Origin: a virus
Lineage: Duplodnaviria > Heunggongvirae > Uroviricota > Caudoviricetes
Virus record (IMG/VR): IMGVR_UViG_3300021400_001756
Location: 3,744 to 67,743 of that record
Direction: 5' to 3' (one strand)
DNA length: 64,000 nucleotides
Below, piece after piece: positions 29,831 to 39,402 of the stretch; positions within the stretch are counted from its first letter, which is position 1; the number at the start of each line of letters is the position of its first letter. A program made the position numbers and the translations under genes. The notes under the pieces were generated by a model that worked only from the letters and a program-made list of their open reading frames with translations, made no database searches and was not told where the DNA came from.

Positions 29831-29995
29831 TTATTCCTCTAATTTAAAATTTTCTATAAATACTTTACCACATTTATAACATCTGTACTTAATAAAATAA
29901 TGTTTATTAGAATCAACATAAGGTTGTACTATTGGATTTTCCAAATCTAATTGATGTTCACAAAATAAGGGTTTAATAAGTTTAATTATATTCAT
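29831..29995 (-). CDS. small Cys-containing hypothetical protein (about 54 aa)
   Basis: The ATG at about 29995 has an aggagagag RBS. It has CxH ... CxxC spacing and is below the track cut-off. Confidence 0.3.
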   Translation of the reverse strand: MNIIKLIKPLFCEHQLDLENPIVQPYVDSNKHYFIKYRCYKCGKVFIENFKLEE

Positions 29996-30020
29996 ATATT
30001 TAACTCTCTCCTCTACTGTA

Positions 30021-30551
30021 TTACATACCTTCTAATGTATATTTCATATGCTTTAGAATGTCTTGTCTGCCAGCCCTTTCGAGTGCAATTAGAAACTTTT
30101 GTTCATCTACTTTTCTATTTGAATCTCTAGCTATTTCGGCTAACATTAGTATTAAATAAGAACAATCTCCATATATTAAATCGTCAAATGTTGCCATTTT
30201 AAAATGTTTGTCAAGAACTCCATTATACTTAGCTCTTTGAGCATATTTAACTCTTCTTTGTCTCCAATCTTTGTGGTCACATTTAAAATCTCTACAGACA
30301 TAAGGTCTTACTTCATAAATTTTACACATGTTATCTTCACCTAGAAAACAACACTTAGCATTCATATTATTTTCATTGATTCTATTTGTTGGTTGTATAT
30401 TATGTACCTTAACATAGTCTTTTATTACCTGTACTTCTTTTTCCGTTAAGGGTATTATTATACTACAACATTCTCCACAATTAGAACATTTATGATTTAT
30501 TGTATTAGGTTGTGGGTCCCTATCTGTAAATATATCTGAATATTCAATCAT
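30021..30551 (-). CDS. YkgJ-family Cys-cluster (putative zinc/iron-binding) protein
   Basis: CSNCGECC ... CCFLGEDNMC ... CRDFKC, the PF03692-type CxxCxxCC pattern. Confidence 0.6.
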   Translation of the reverse strand: MIEYSDIFTDRDPQPNTINHKCSNCGECCSIIIPLTEKEVQVIKDYVKVHNIQPTNRINENNMNAKCCFLGEDNMCKIYEVRPYVCRDFKCDHKDWRQRRVKYAQRAKYNGVLDKHFKMATFDDLIYGDCSYLILMLAEIARDSNRKVDEQKFLIALERAGRQDILKHMKYTLEGM

Positions 30552-30605
30552 TATATCTCCTCCAAACTTAATACAAATTATAACATATATTTTAAAAAAT
30601 GTAAA

Positions 30606-31439
30606 CTATTTATTATCAAATATTGAATCATCTTTAATAAATACATAACTATCTACACCACATCTATGCTCTAATTCTTCTATATATTCTTTGAGACATT
30701 TTAAAGCATTATATTTATCACTAACTTCTCGAGTAATATTAGGTAAATCTACACAACTATAATTATATAACTCTTGTGTGATATATTGTTTTCCTTTGTC
30801 TATAATTAACTTATGTTTCTCTGTATGTGTTTGTATGTACCCACCTTGATTCCACTTAAAGTTAAAATCAGTTCTTTTTATTTTACACATATGTCCATCT
30901 TCATCATAAAACACTATACCTTCTATATAATTATCATGTAAATATTGTTTTATACCTTCGTAGTCAAAGGGTACACCATCCAATTTAATACTACCATGTT
31001 TAATTAGTTTATCTTTTTTAAGGTTATAAGGATTAGAACTAAAGTGTGGACCAACAATTTCATACGTACCATCCTCCCACTCATCTTGCTCTTCTAATGC
31101 TTGAATGTACCAATTATCATCAAATTGTTTATTGTCCTTTTCACACAATAGCCAGTGAGGAAAGTGACCTGTAATTGGGTCCGCCTTCTCTTGACAAGGA
31201 ATAGCTCCTTTAGGTAATATCTTTCCAGGTTTTAAATCATATCTCCTATAAATTTTGTTATTTTTAATTAAACAACAACTTCCATCTATTTTTTCAGTTG
31301 CCCACCTATGTTTAGATGTATCGTATAACCATAAACAATTAGGATTGATTTCATTTTCACATCTACGATAATCAACTATCTGACCATTTAACGTACCTTG
31401 TAAAAACGTTCTTTTAAATAAAGAATCCATCTTTCTCAT
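30606..31439 (-). CDS. RNA-ligase-like covalent nucleotidyltransferase (KxDG)
   Basis: Motif I reads EKIDGS, with no Arg after DG, which favours an RNA ligase over a DNA ligase. It is followed by GTYEIVG, EGIVFY (motif IV) and KIKR (motif V). It is 277 aa. Confidence 0.5.
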   Translation of the reverse strand: MRKMDSLFKRTFLQGTLNGQIVDYRRCENEINPNCLWLYDTSKHRWATEKIDGSCCLIKNNKIYRRYDLKPGKILPKGAIPCQEKADPITGHFPHWLLCEKDNKQFDDNWYIQALEEQDEWEDGTYEIVGPHFSSNPYNLKKDKLIKHGSIKLDGVPFDYEGIKQYLHDNYIEGIVFYDEDGHMCKIKRTDFNFKWNQGGYIQTHTEKHKLIIDKGKQYITQELYNYSCVDLPNITREVSDKYNALKCLKEYIEELEHRCGVDSYVFIKDDSIFDNK

Positions 31440-31483
31440 ATTTAATACAACCTCCTATATAGATATTAACATCTATAGAAGAA

Positions 31484-31522
31484 TAAAAAAAATACGTTCA
31501 ATTGAACGTATTTAATTTTTTT
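31484..31522. terminator. bidirectional rho-independent terminator
   Basis: A perfect palindrome aatacgttcaattgaacgtatt is flanked by A8 and T7 runs, just downstream of the SPFH gene. Confidence 0.6.
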
Positions 31523-32444
31523 ATTTATTTAATGTAAGTAAGGAGTTAATTCCATCATTTAACATTGTAGTAGGTAATTGTCCATTCCACTTGTTAATTA
31601 AATTTTGTTGTACCTCTAATTCCTTTAGTCTAAGTGTATTTTCTGTTATTTGACTGTTCTGTAATCTCATTACCTCTGCATCCTTTTCTGCTACAGATAT
31701 CTCTTTTTCATTTTGAATTTTTTGTTTTTCTAGTTCTGCTTTAGCTGTTTCCACTTCTTGTTGTTTAACAGCTTTAGTTTCAATAGCTTGGTCAAATGTA
31801 TCACTAAAGTCTATATTTGTAATGTTAAACTCTGTTACGTCAAAACCTCTATTTTGTATTTTATTAAATAGTGTTTCATGTATTTTAGATGAAACTTCTG
31901 CTCTTTTAGTAATTAACTCCTCAGCTGTATATTGTGCCATAACAGATTTTATACTCTCTTGTATTGCTGGACTAATTATAATATTTTCATAATCTGTTCC
32001 AACTTCTTTATATAGTTTATTTGCTGTATTTTTGTTAACATTATAGTTTACAGCTATAGTTACTTTAACTGTTTGTAAATCTTTAGACGAACTCTCACTT
32101 GTTACTTCTATTTTCTTGGTTTTACAATCTATAAGTATTATCTTTTCTATGTAAGGTGCTTTAAAATTAAAACCCTCACTAATGGTGTTATCTTGTACCT
32201 TACCAAATCTAGTTTTTACACCAACACATCCTGTAGGAACAGTTTTAATAGAATTAAAAAAAGTAATTATACCAAAAATTATTAAACCTACTATTATTAT
32301 AACTTTTAACCATTGTTTAAATTTTTTGGAAAATTCATGTAAATCTATCATATCAGATTTACGATAATCAGGTAACTCATTCCACTCCTTTTCAGTTAAT
32401 TTAAAAATTTTTTCATATTCAGGTTTGTAATCATACTTTGCCAT
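31521..32444 (-). CDS. SPFH / band-7 (prohibitin/HflK-like) membrane protein
   Basis: An N-terminal TM helix is followed by the SPFH core (GCVGVKTRFGKV...NAKT... ) and a C-terminal coiled coil. Confidence 0.65.
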   Translation of the reverse strand: MAKYDYKPEYEKIFKLTEKEWNELPDYRKSDMIDLHEFSKKFKQWLKVIIIVGLIIFGIITFFNSIKTVPTGCVGVKTRFGKVQDNTISEGFNFKAPYIEKIILIDCKTKKIEVTSESSSKDLQTVKVTIAVNYNVNKNTANKLYKEVGTDYENIIISPAIQESIKSVMAQYTAEELITKRAEVSSKIHETLFNKIQNRGFDVTEFNITNIDFSDTFDQAIETKAVKQQEVETAKAELEKQKIQNEKEISVAEKDAEVMRLQNSQITENTLRLKELEVQQNLINKWNGQLPTTMLNDGINSLLTLNK

Positions 32445-32497
32445 ACAATAATCTACCTCCTTATTATAATTTAATTGTTACATAATATTCTTACAGT

Positions 32498-32962
32498 TTA
32501 AATTTCTTCTACAATATTTTTATTCATTATTAAGATACTATCACAATCCCAACCATATAATTGATAATATAACTCTATATCACTTGAAATTATAACTTCA
32601 ATAGCGTCATAGATTTGAGATAGTTGTTCAAAATCTAATAATGTCCAATTGGAAAGTGAACATAAAGAATTATAATCTGAGTTACTTTGATGTGGTAAAT
32701 CTTCTAATTGTGATACATTGGTTATAGTTAATACTTTGGCACTGGGTTTTAGTTTGAATTTAAAATATAAGTTATCTAGGTTAAATTTATCTGTGTAATA
32801 ATTGTTTTGCTGTACCCAATCTAACCAACTAAATTTACTATTCACACAACTAGCCCAAAATCCACCTAAGGGTTTAGTTAAAAAACAGTTATTTTTGATG
32901 GGTAACATTTTATTAGAATCAAAATGTGAATGTCCATAGTGGATATAAATTTTATTATTCAT
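32498..32962 (-). CDS. hypothetical protein
   Basis: A 154-aa ORF downstream of the tRNA array. Confidence 0.5.
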   Translation of the reverse strand: MNNKIYIHYGHSHFDSNKMLPIKNNCFLTKPLGGFWASCVNSKFSWLDWVQQNNYYTDKFNLDNLYFKFKLKPSAKVLTITNVSQLEDLPHQSNSDYNSLCSLSNWTLLDFEQLSQIYDAIEVIISSDIELYYQLYGWDCDSILIMNKNIVEEI

Positions 32963-32983
32963 ACCTAACTCCTAAAAATATTG

Positions 32984-33059
<76 letters not shown>

Positions 33060-33069
33060 GTCATTTAAA

Positions 33070-33155
33070 TGGTGGGCAGTTCTAGATTCGAACTAGAGAA
33101 CTCAAATGAGACCAGATTTACAGTCTGGCGGTTTTAACCACTCACCCAACTGCCC
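33070..33155 (-). tRNA. tRNA-Tyr (anticodon GTA), class II long variable arm
   Basis: Acceptor gggcagt/actgccc, anticodon loop ctgtaaa, a long variable arm and an encoded CCA. Confidence 0.65.
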
Positions 33156-33164
33156 AAAAACAAA

Positions 33165-33240
<76 letters not shown>

Positions 33241-33954
33241 ATATAAACTGTGTTAACTTTTTGACGTCCAAAAGTTAATATACATACCCACAGTTAAGTA
33301 TTGGGTTATAGAGGACTAACCCTCAATCCTGTAACATTTTAAAACCAGGTTCACTGGAAGTTGTACACACTTAGAATCACTTACTATCGGAAAGTAACTC
33401 TCAGAAACCGTTATTCATCTTGAATAATAGTCAACTTACAATTATATTCTATGATTTTTCGTTTGTAGTAACGAAGTGTATCTTTAGCACATAGTTACCA
33501 TAGACTACACCAAATCTATGCCCTCCTCGGTCAGGCGCCGTCAATATACTTTAAGTGTTTCATATTGATGAAGTACGGTTATTTACGTGGTTCCCACGAG
33601 AGCTTTATATTCTTTATAAAGTTGAACGGCTTCGATGCTCTGCTCCTAACAATCTTATCTATAATATAATTATAAAATTACATGTTGTACTACATATAAA
33701 TACTACATTTCTTTCTAAACATATATTATAGATTGGAGTAATAGTTTTTGAAATGAACTATTAAAGAAACATTTCTTATTTCAATAAGAGGTTATTCTGT
33801 CTCTCCAGAATGTCACGTTGCTACTTAATACACTGCTTACTCACCACAACGTTTATACCGAGCACTCTTGCCGTGTGTACTTGACTCTTGGACTTTATCC
33901 TACTTTACCAAGAATAGACTATACGGAGTGTTACTGTATAGGTAGGGCCTAAAG

Positions 33955-34029
33955 TGGTGACGCTACTGTGAGTTGAACACAGCACTTTGGAATGAAAATC
34001 CAATGGCTTAACCGACTGCCCCTAGCGCC
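33955..34029 (-). tRNA. tRNA-Glu (anticodon TTC)
   Basis: Acceptor ggcgcta/tagcgtc and anticodon loop ttttcat. Position 8 is G, the D-stem is weak, and the CCA is encoded. Confidence 0.55.
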
Positions 34030-34047
34030 ATATATTAAATTAAAATA

Positions 34048-34123
34048 TGGTCCGGGTAGCAGGATTCGAACCTGCGACCCCATGGTCCCAAACCACGTGC
34101 GCTACCAACTGCGCTACACCCGG
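34048..34123 (-). tRNA. tRNA-Pro (anticodon TGG)
   Basis: cgggtgtagcgcagttggtagcgc ... anticodon loop tttggga, with an encoded CCA. Confidence 0.7.
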
Positions 34124-34453
34124 ATATAAGAGATATATGTGTCCTCCCTGATACATTTAATTAGCCTTCGGCCAAGTCAATTAAAAACATATCCAGCATA
34201 CATCTCTCTTAGTAAGGAACTGTTTTACTATAAACTATATGTATTTTAATCCTCGCAAAACAAAAATACACAAATAATAAAACAACATGCACATATTAGT
34301 GGAGGTATTTTCTTGTACGTGAAAATACTATAAATATCTAAAGAGTTGAACGAACCTCTCCAAACTGTTAGCCACTCCTCTAACCAAAATAACAAATAAA
34401 ACTCTTATTAGTTAAGAAAATGAACAACTATGGATAAAAACTTAACTAATAAG

Positions 34454-34529
34454 TGGGTGCAGGAATAGGATTCGAACCTATGACCTTCAGGTTATGGGCC
34501 TGACGAGATAACCACTTCTCTACCCTGCA
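34454..34529 (-). tRNA. tRNA with CAT anticodon (Met, or Ile2 if lysidinylated)
   Basis: Anticodon loop cccataa and T-loop ttcgaat, with an encoded CCA. The anticodon stem lacks the initiator-type three G:C pairs. Confidence 0.65.
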
Positions 34530-34777
34530 GTATATTTTTTATATATTTTACAGTATTATAACCTTATACTTAATACTGTATTACTATAATAACATCTTAA
34601 CCTTATTATAAAATTAGAGATATTATTAAACCAATTTAATAATAAGTACAAAAATACAAAATTTCTATCATAAAAACATTTTTAATTTTTTATAAATGTT
34701 ATATTATAATAACTAGTTTTTAACTAAATAATATAATTAAAATGAAGCAATTAAACTTATATTATTAAGTTAGGTAT

Positions 34778-34851
34778 GGTTGGACGAGTTAGATTCGAAC
34801 TAACGCATGCATGAGTCAAAGTCATGTGCCTTACCACTTGGCTACCGTCCA
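34778..34851 (-). tRNA. tRNA-Gln (anticodon TTG)
   Basis: tggacggtagccaagtggtaaggc ... anticodon loop ctttgac, with an encoded CCA. Confidence 0.7.
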
Positions 34852-34990
34852 ATGTATAACTTCCATTTTTATTTTTACGAAGTGTTGAAAGTATAGCTAT
34901 CACTTTTACTATAAATTGCTTTGACCTCTATATTGTGATAAGCAATAAAACCAATTAGAGTAGTAAAGATGTTATAGTCATCTCTGCTTA

Positions 34991-35057
34991 TCTTGTGTAG
35001 GAATTGAACCCACATAACTGTCGTCACAGTTGTTCTACCATTAAACTAACAAGATAT
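34991..35057 (-). tRNA. tRNA-like element / probable tRNA pseudogene with a truncated anticodon arm
   Basis: It has a perfect 7-bp acceptor stem (atcttgt/acaagat), a canonical D-arm (tagtttaatggtagaac) and T-arm (gtgggttcaattcctac). The anticodon region is only a 6-bp stem with a GACG tetraloop, the total is about 67 nt, and there is no CCA. Confidence 0.35.
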
Positions 35058-35136
35058 AAATCTTATAAAATTGTGTAAGGTAGGTTAGGGTTCCTACCTT
35101 ACGGACGTTAATAATTTTGATAGCACTAACACTATC

Positions 35137-35228
35137 TGGCGTGGTAAGAAGGATTCGAACCTTCGGAAACTTTATAAGCTTCGCAACCTTAGCAGGGTTG
35201 TGGTTTAAGCCAACTCACCCATTACCAC
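35137..35228 (-). tRNA. tRNA-Ser (anticodon GCT), class II
   Basis: Acceptor gtggtaa/ttaccac, anticodon loop ctgctaa, a long variable arm and an encoded CCA. Confidence 0.7.
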
Positions 35229-35270
35229 ATATATAAAAGTGTGTATGAAAATTTATTTAGTTTATGTAAT

Positions 35271-35279
35271 ATTATATCA
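35271..35279 (-). promoter_or_regulatory. candidate extended -10 (TGATATAAT) for the tRNA array
   Basis: The minus-sense TGATATAAT lies about 45 nt upstream of the 5' end of tRNA-Ser. A second TGTTATAAT lies about 65 nt further up. Confidence 0.3.
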
Positions 35280-35471
35280 TCTACAAGGTAGAAATTGTAT
35301 AAAAATATTAAGCATATAATATATAATAACTTTATATATTATAACATCTTAGGGTTTTTTAAATTTTTAGAACAGATTAATTTTTATAAATTTTTATTAC
35401 ACACTTACATTTGTAATATAACATAAATATATGTAAAAAACAAGTATATTTTAAAAAAAGTAAATATTTAT

Positions 35472-35726
35472 TTATTCTTCTAATTTATGTTTTTTAACAT
35501 TCATGTTTTTGGTATTACTTACATTACTGTTTTTTAAATACTCTCCCATAAAATACGTATTTATTAGTATAGATAATGTTGGAAAAATTAGACACCACCA
35601 AACATTATATTTATAAGCAATATACGTCCAAGCATATAATAACGCAGCATCTACAACTCCTCTAGTACCTATATAAAGTATATTTGTAAAAAAACGTTCT
35701 GTGCTAATATCTGTTTTATCTTTCAT
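35472..35726 (-). CDS. small membrane protein (two TM helices)
   Basis: 84 aa with hydrophobic segments. Confidence 0.5.
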   Translation of the reverse strand: MKDKTDISTERFFTNILYIGTRGVVDAALLYAWTYIAYKYNVWWCLIFPTLSILINTYFMGEYLKNSNVSNTKNMNVKKHKLEE

Positions 35727-35733
35727 ATGTTAA

Positions 35734-36339
35734 TTATCCTCCATATTTTAATTTATTTAGATATTCATAACCTGCAGTAACTAATTGTCCAAAAGCATTC
35801 CAATCAATATTATCTTTCAATCTATCTTCGCAACTATTTACTTGGTATATGCCATCATCAAGATTAAGAACAAAATTAGCAATTGTATAACAAGTACCAT
35901 CTTCAATTCTCTTAACTATCTCTATTTCATTTTTATCTGCAGGTTTATTTATAAAAACACAATGTCTTAACTCTAAATCACCTACAGCTTTAATAGTAGT
36001 TGAATCAGAGTTACAACTATCTTCATATTCTTTACCTAATAGTTGAACTAATTTATTTTTTATATCTACAACAGATGTATTCTCATTTAAATTGTATAAA
36101 ACTTCTTCGTATATAACATCCTTACTTATATAAAATTCGTCCTTATTTTCTAAAGTAAATTTAGCAATATTTATAGCTTCCATTAAATCTCCAACACTAA
36201 ATGGGATTTGTAAATTACTTATAGATAAAGGTATTAAATTTGTTTTTAAAAAACCATGAAAATCATCTAATATTTGTACAGCTCTATTATCTAACATTCT
36301 GATTAACCTCCAATTAAGATTGTAGAATATCTGAAACAA
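35734..36339 (-). CDS. hypothetical protein
   Basis: 201-aa ORF. Confidence 0.5.
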   Translation of the reverse strand: MFQIFYNLNWRLIRMLDNRAVQILDDFHGFLKTNLIPLSISNLQIPFSVGDLMEAINIAKFTLENKDEFYISKDVIYEEVLYNLNENTSVVDIKNKLVQLLGKEYEDSCNSDSTTIKAVGDLELRHCVFINKPADKNEIEIVKRIEDGTCYTIANFVLNLDDGIYQVNSCEDRLKDNIDWNAFGQLVTAGYEYLNKLKYGG

Positions 36340-36583
36340 TTATATAATAACCAGTTCTTCTTATTACAATATTTTCTCTTAAATTATTTAATACACTTTG
36401 AGCTAACTCTAAATCTCTATACTTACCTAAAGTAACTTTTTGGCTATTTGGACTTTCGTCTACTAGTGCTACAACTTCATTATATTCTGTTTGTGTTTGC
36501 TCAGTATCTTCTACATACATTTTTATAACGTATTTAAAATTTATAAGTACATTATCCTGAGTTTGTATTATAAATGTATCCAT
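36314..36583 (-). CDS. hypothetical protein
   Basis: 89-aa ORF. Confidence 0.45.
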   Translation of the reverse strand: MDTFIIQTQDNVLINFKYVIKMYVEDTEQTQTEYNEVVALVDESPNSQKVTLGKYRDLELAQSVLNNLRENIVIRRTGYYIIVSDILQS

Positions 36584-36584
36584 A

Positions 36585-36875
36585 TTATTTTTTACTCCTT
36601 TCTACAATTCGTCTTCCATAAAACATAAACCCATAATTAGCAATAGGTTGTATTTTATATCCCATCTTTCTTATGGAATTTACAAGTTTATTAACTTGTT
36701 TTTTATTAACACTACCTCCAAAACATTTATGTGCTATCTGTTTATATGTTAGAGGGTTACATTCCTTAAAATACTCCAATAGCAATGTATCTGGTGTAGC
36801 ATTGTTATGATTTAAATTCTTAACATCTATCATAAATAATAACATCCTTTGTATATTTAATTTAACTAATCCCAC
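36585..36875 (-). CDS. hypothetical protein, possible winged-helix DNA-binding protein
   Basis: 96 aa; LTYKQIAHKCFGGSVNKKQVNKLVNSIRKMGY resembles an HTH. Confidence 0.4.
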   Translation of the reverse strand: MGLVKLNIQRMLLFMIDVKNLNHNNATPDTLLLEYFKECNPLTYKQIAHKCFGGSVNKKQVNKLVNSIRKMGYKIQPIANYGFMFYGRRIVERSKK

Positions 36876-37228
36876 AAATCATAATGATATTTTTCTAATA
36901 ATCTATATGCTTCTTCTTTATATTTTAACATCTCTTCGGATTTTTCATCCCACCAAGTTATAAATTCTTTATCTCCTACATTGTAAGGACATTTATAAAT
37001 ATCCTCATCTAAATGTTCAAAACAATATGCAATCCTAGTCAATATAAGTAACCACATGTGTGCATCATTATTGGGATTAAATCGCTCTACATCTCCTCTA
37101 TCTCGCAGAATTTTTTCTATAATTGGTATATAGGATTTTACCCAGTCTTTTGGAAATTCTGTTATATTTGTTCGTTCTTTAATGTTCATAGGATATCCTA
37201 TACTATTATCTCTTAAACACAATATCAT
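36866..37228 (-). CDS. hypothetical protein
   Basis: 120-aa ORF. Confidence 0.45.
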   Translation of the reverse strand: MILCLRDNSIGYPMNIKERTNITEFPKDWVKSYIPIIEKILRDRGDVERFNPNNDAHMWLLILTRIAYCFEHLDEDIYKCPYNVGDKEFITWWDEKSEEMLKYKEEAYRLLEKYHYDLWD

Positions 37229-37383
37229 ACCTACAAATTGATGACTTAACCAACTATTTATATTATAACAGTCTGTATAAGAAAAACCTCTTTTAGCTCT
37301 TTGTATTTTAACTTTAATATCATCTATAAAGCTTTCTATTTTATATTTTAATCCGCATATATTTTTCTCCTACAATAAATATT

Positions 37384-38370
37384 TTATATTTCGCTATACA
37401 AGGAAATATATTTGTCTATGTTAACTGGACTATAGTTATTAACATCTACACCCACATTAAATGCATTTTTAATTGGATATTCTAACTCATTAGAGTGTAT
37501 GTGTCCAAATAAGTGAATTGCACCTTTGTTAGCTTTATTAAAACATTGTATTGGATAATGACTTAAAACAAATTTATGATTTTTATAATCAAACTCCTTA
37601 TAATCTACTATTTCATCAAATAAAGATAAATCAGCATCTTTATCCATCCATATGTTTTCGTGGTTACCTTTAACTAAAACTTTATGTCCATTTAAACGTT
37701 TTAATATCTCATTAGTTTCTAAACCTGATTTAAAAGATAAATCTCCTAGAATGTATACTATGTCATTATTACTCACAACACTATTCCAATTATTTATTAG
37801 TTTTTCGTCGTGTTTATCTATCCATAACTTAATTACTTCATTTTCTATTCCTAACCAATCATCATCTACTAAGTTACACATTTCCTCTTGTGATGTGCCC
37901 AAATCAGTAATATATTTAACTATACTAGTTTGTTCATTAGTACCCATCATTTCCCAACGTTTATATTCATATTTTAATATATTGTTATGTCCAAAATGTA
38001 AATCAGATGTAACGAAAACATGTTTAAAATTTGTTGGGTAAACTTTTTTTGTACATGTTGCTTTTGGAATATTTAAATGTTGTTTAAATACATCTATAGT
38101 AATTTTATCAAGTATTTTATCTATGGATTCCTTATTATCTGAGTATATATTCTGTATAGCGCTATTCATTTTATTTAAAGTTTCTTCTGTTACTTTATTA
38201 GCTAAATCTACTGCTTCTTGTAAACTATATTGATTAAACTTAGCTTTTTCCAAACTCTCTTTATTGTTATGTGTAACTAAACACTCTGAGTAAGGTTTGC
38301 CTTCTATGTAATTATCAATAAACTCTGATAAACGTAGTATATGATGTAATTGTTTACCGGTCATATCCAA
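37384..38370 (-). CDS. calcineurin-like metallophosphoesterase
   Basis: VFVTSDLHFGH (motif I/II), ILGDLSF, GNHEN, HYP and GHIH make up the MPE signature. It is the first gene of a three-gene overlapping operon. Confidence 0.7.
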   Translation of the reverse strand: MDMTGKQLHHILRLSEFIDNYIEGKPYSECLVTHNNKESLEKAKFNQYSLQEAVDLANKVTEETLNKMNSAIQNIYSDNKESIDKILDKITIDVFKQHLNIPKATCTKKVYPTNFKHVFVTSDLHFGHNNILKYEYKRWEMMGTNEQTSIVKYITDLGTSQEEMCNLVDDDWLGIENEVIKLWIDKHDEKLINNWNSVVSNNDIVYILGDLSFKSGLETNEILKRLNGHKVLVKGNHENIWMDKDADLSLFDEIVDYKEFDYKNHKFVLSHYPIQCFNKANKGAIHLFGHIHSNELEYPIKNAFNVGVDVNNYSPVNIDKYISLYSEI

Positions 38371-38908
38371 ATTTATTTATCTTATCCATTAAAGATGGAT
38401 AAGGATGACATAATGCCTTTAATTTTTGTACACTCATATTGCCTATCATCTTTAAAGCAAGTATGGGGTCATATCTAGCAATAAGTTCATTGTTAGCTAA
38501 TAAAGTCATTATAGATTCCCTGTAATTTTTATTTATTATTCTATATTTTGAAAATAGTATTTCTATGTAATTGATGTTTTGCTTTTTAAAACATTCAAAC
38601 ATTAATCTAATATCTTTAACATCACAATGCTCCGAAGGTTCACACACAATACCGTTATGAACTGTTGGAACTAGTAAAGTTATAGATGTAGGTTTTTCAT
38701 TTAATATTATATCTTCTAATGTAGGTAAAATTATAGCCTTTGTATCCACATCACTTGTATACTCTTCAGTGTAGTAATCTAAATTATAATTTTGACTTCC
38801 CTGTAATGCTATATAAACTATATCATTATTAGGAAACTGCTCTTTAACATAATTTAGATGTTGTTTTAATCTTTTAAAAATCATTGTATCGTGTTCATTA
38901 TTTGTCAT
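38354..38908 (-). CDS. Pol-beta-superfamily nucleotidyltransferase (minimal NTase)
   Basis: ALQGSQNYNLDYYTEEYTSDVDTKAII carries the GS ... DxD motif. It overlaps the upstream gene by 17 nt. Confidence 0.5.
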   Translation of the reverse strand: MTNNEHDTMIFKRLKQHLNYVKEQFPNNDIVYIALQGSQNYNLDYYTEEYTSDVDTKAIILPTLEDIILNEKPTSITLLVPTVHNGIVCEPSEHCDVKDIRLMFECFKKQNINYIEILFSKYRIINKNYRESIMTLLANNELIARYDPILALKMIGNMSVQKLKALCHPYPSLMDKINKFGYDR

Positions 38909-39401
38909 TGTATTTAATCACTTCCTTTAGTTTTTGTTGTATAATACCCATGTAATCTAATGTTAAACCCGTTTGCCCATTTACATATATTAAAACATCT
39001 TTATATTGCTCTAAATCAAAAGTATCATCATCTATAACTATAAAAGGCAATTTGCAATTATGTTTATTTATATAAGATGTAATTTCATCTTGTCTTATAC
39101 AATTAGATGATGCGGGTGTAACTCCAATTATATTAGGTTTGATTTGGTTTATATCAAAAATAAAATTCCACTGTTCTAAGCTAAACTCATATCTCCTTGT
39201 ACTACTTAAAACAATAGAATATTTACACTTATCATATAAATAATTTAAACATTTAACACCATCTTCACTAAATATGTAGCGTTGTAATATGTTTCTATAG
39301 TGAAAACTATTATCTTCATTAACAAATTTGTTATGTATATACTTTAAGTAATTACAAGGAGTTAATACACCGTCGAGGTCTAAAAATATAATGTAATTCA
39401 T
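38898..39401 (-). CDS. HAD-superfamily phosphatase
   Basis: Motif I FLDLDGVLT, motif II VLSST and motif IV VIDDDTFD are present. It overlaps the upstream gene by 11 nt. Confidence 0.7.
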   Translation of the reverse strand: MNYIIFLDLDGVLTPCNYLKYIHNKFVNEDNSFHYRNILQRYIFSEDGVKCLNYLYDKCKYSIVLSSTRRYEFSLEQWNFIFDINQIKPNIIGVTPASSNCIRQDEITSYINKHNCKLPFIVIDDDTFDLEQYKDVLIYVNGQTGLTLDYMGIIQQKLKEVIKYNDK

Positions 39402-39402
39402 A

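Noticed and set aside
32182-32367. Plus-strand 61-aa ORF
   Set aside because: It is antisense in the SPFH gene.
34330-34390. Possible extra tRNA (gagaggttcgttcaactc T-arm-like segment) in the Pro-Met spacer
   Set aside because: Only a T-arm-like fragment is present; no acceptor or D-arm could be paired.
35785-35970. Plus-strand 61-aa ORF
   Set aside because: It is antisense in gene 35734..36339.
37652-38041. Plus-strand 129-aa ORF
   Set aside because: It is antisense in the metallophosphoesterase gene.
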